Positions 63,711-64,000 of a stretch of 64,000 nucleotides of DNA are shown here, one piece after another. Both the position numbers and the translations under genes were made by a program. The stretch is from Octopus vulgaris (Eukaryota). The notes below the pieces were generated by a model. The model did no database searches. It was not told where the DNA came from and worked only from the letters and a program-made list of their open reading frames with translations. Position 1 is the first letter of the stretch. Every line of letters starts with the position of its first letter. The stretch is taken from NCBI GenBank assembly GCA_951406725.2, contig OX597822.1, positions 66,712,001 through 66,776,000 of the forward strand, read 5' to 3'.

Positions 63711-64000
63711 CTGGTGAACTAAAATATTCATGTAGGTTAAATTTGTCTCTTATCCTTTTACAATCGATAAAATAAAGTACCCGGCAAGTACTGGTGCCGA
63801 TGTGATCGACTAACTCACAATTTTGAAATTGCAGAGTGTGTGCATGAAGTAGAAATCATAGTCAGTGGTACGGCGTTGGAATGGCAGAAGCGATAGAGGG
63901 TCGGAGAATTTGTTTGGCGGTATTTGTTTCGGTTCTTTGTACCGTGAGTTCGAAAGTCTGTCGAGATCAAGTTAATTTTTTATCCCTACGGTTTCGATAA

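Overview
AT-rich, microsatellite-dense eukaryotic DNA with no recognisable host-gene exons. The SINE families and (TA)n/(CA)n load point to an octopod (Octopus-like) genome; this is an inference. Almost everything is transposon-derived. The main feature is a young Penelope-like retroelement (PLE; RT + Cys-linker + C-terminal GIY-YIG, Neptune-like) at 2055-~5725. It is preceded by an apparently identical 2054-bp inverted copy of itself (1-2054 = reverse complement of 2681-4734). It carries an upstream helical/basic ORF1 that overlaps the ATG-less RT frame in the -1 register at a T7 run, one in-frame TAA shared by both arms, and a 3' pLTR with CCAAT/TATA motifs and a minimal hammerhead ribozyme (HHR). 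HHR or HHR-like motifs occur at six loci, including a 99-bp-arm fold-back mini-element with twin hammerheads inside (TA)n, a hammerhead inside a Helitron, and a Poseidon-like PLE tail with a tRNA-like module next to its HHR. Also present: a 28S rRNA fragment inserted in a SINE, nested non-autonomous Helitrons, mariner and other TIR-element derivatives, RTE LINE 3' remnants, several tRNA-derived SINE families, and short locally templated insertions. All calls were made by eye; boundaries of degenerate elements are approximate.
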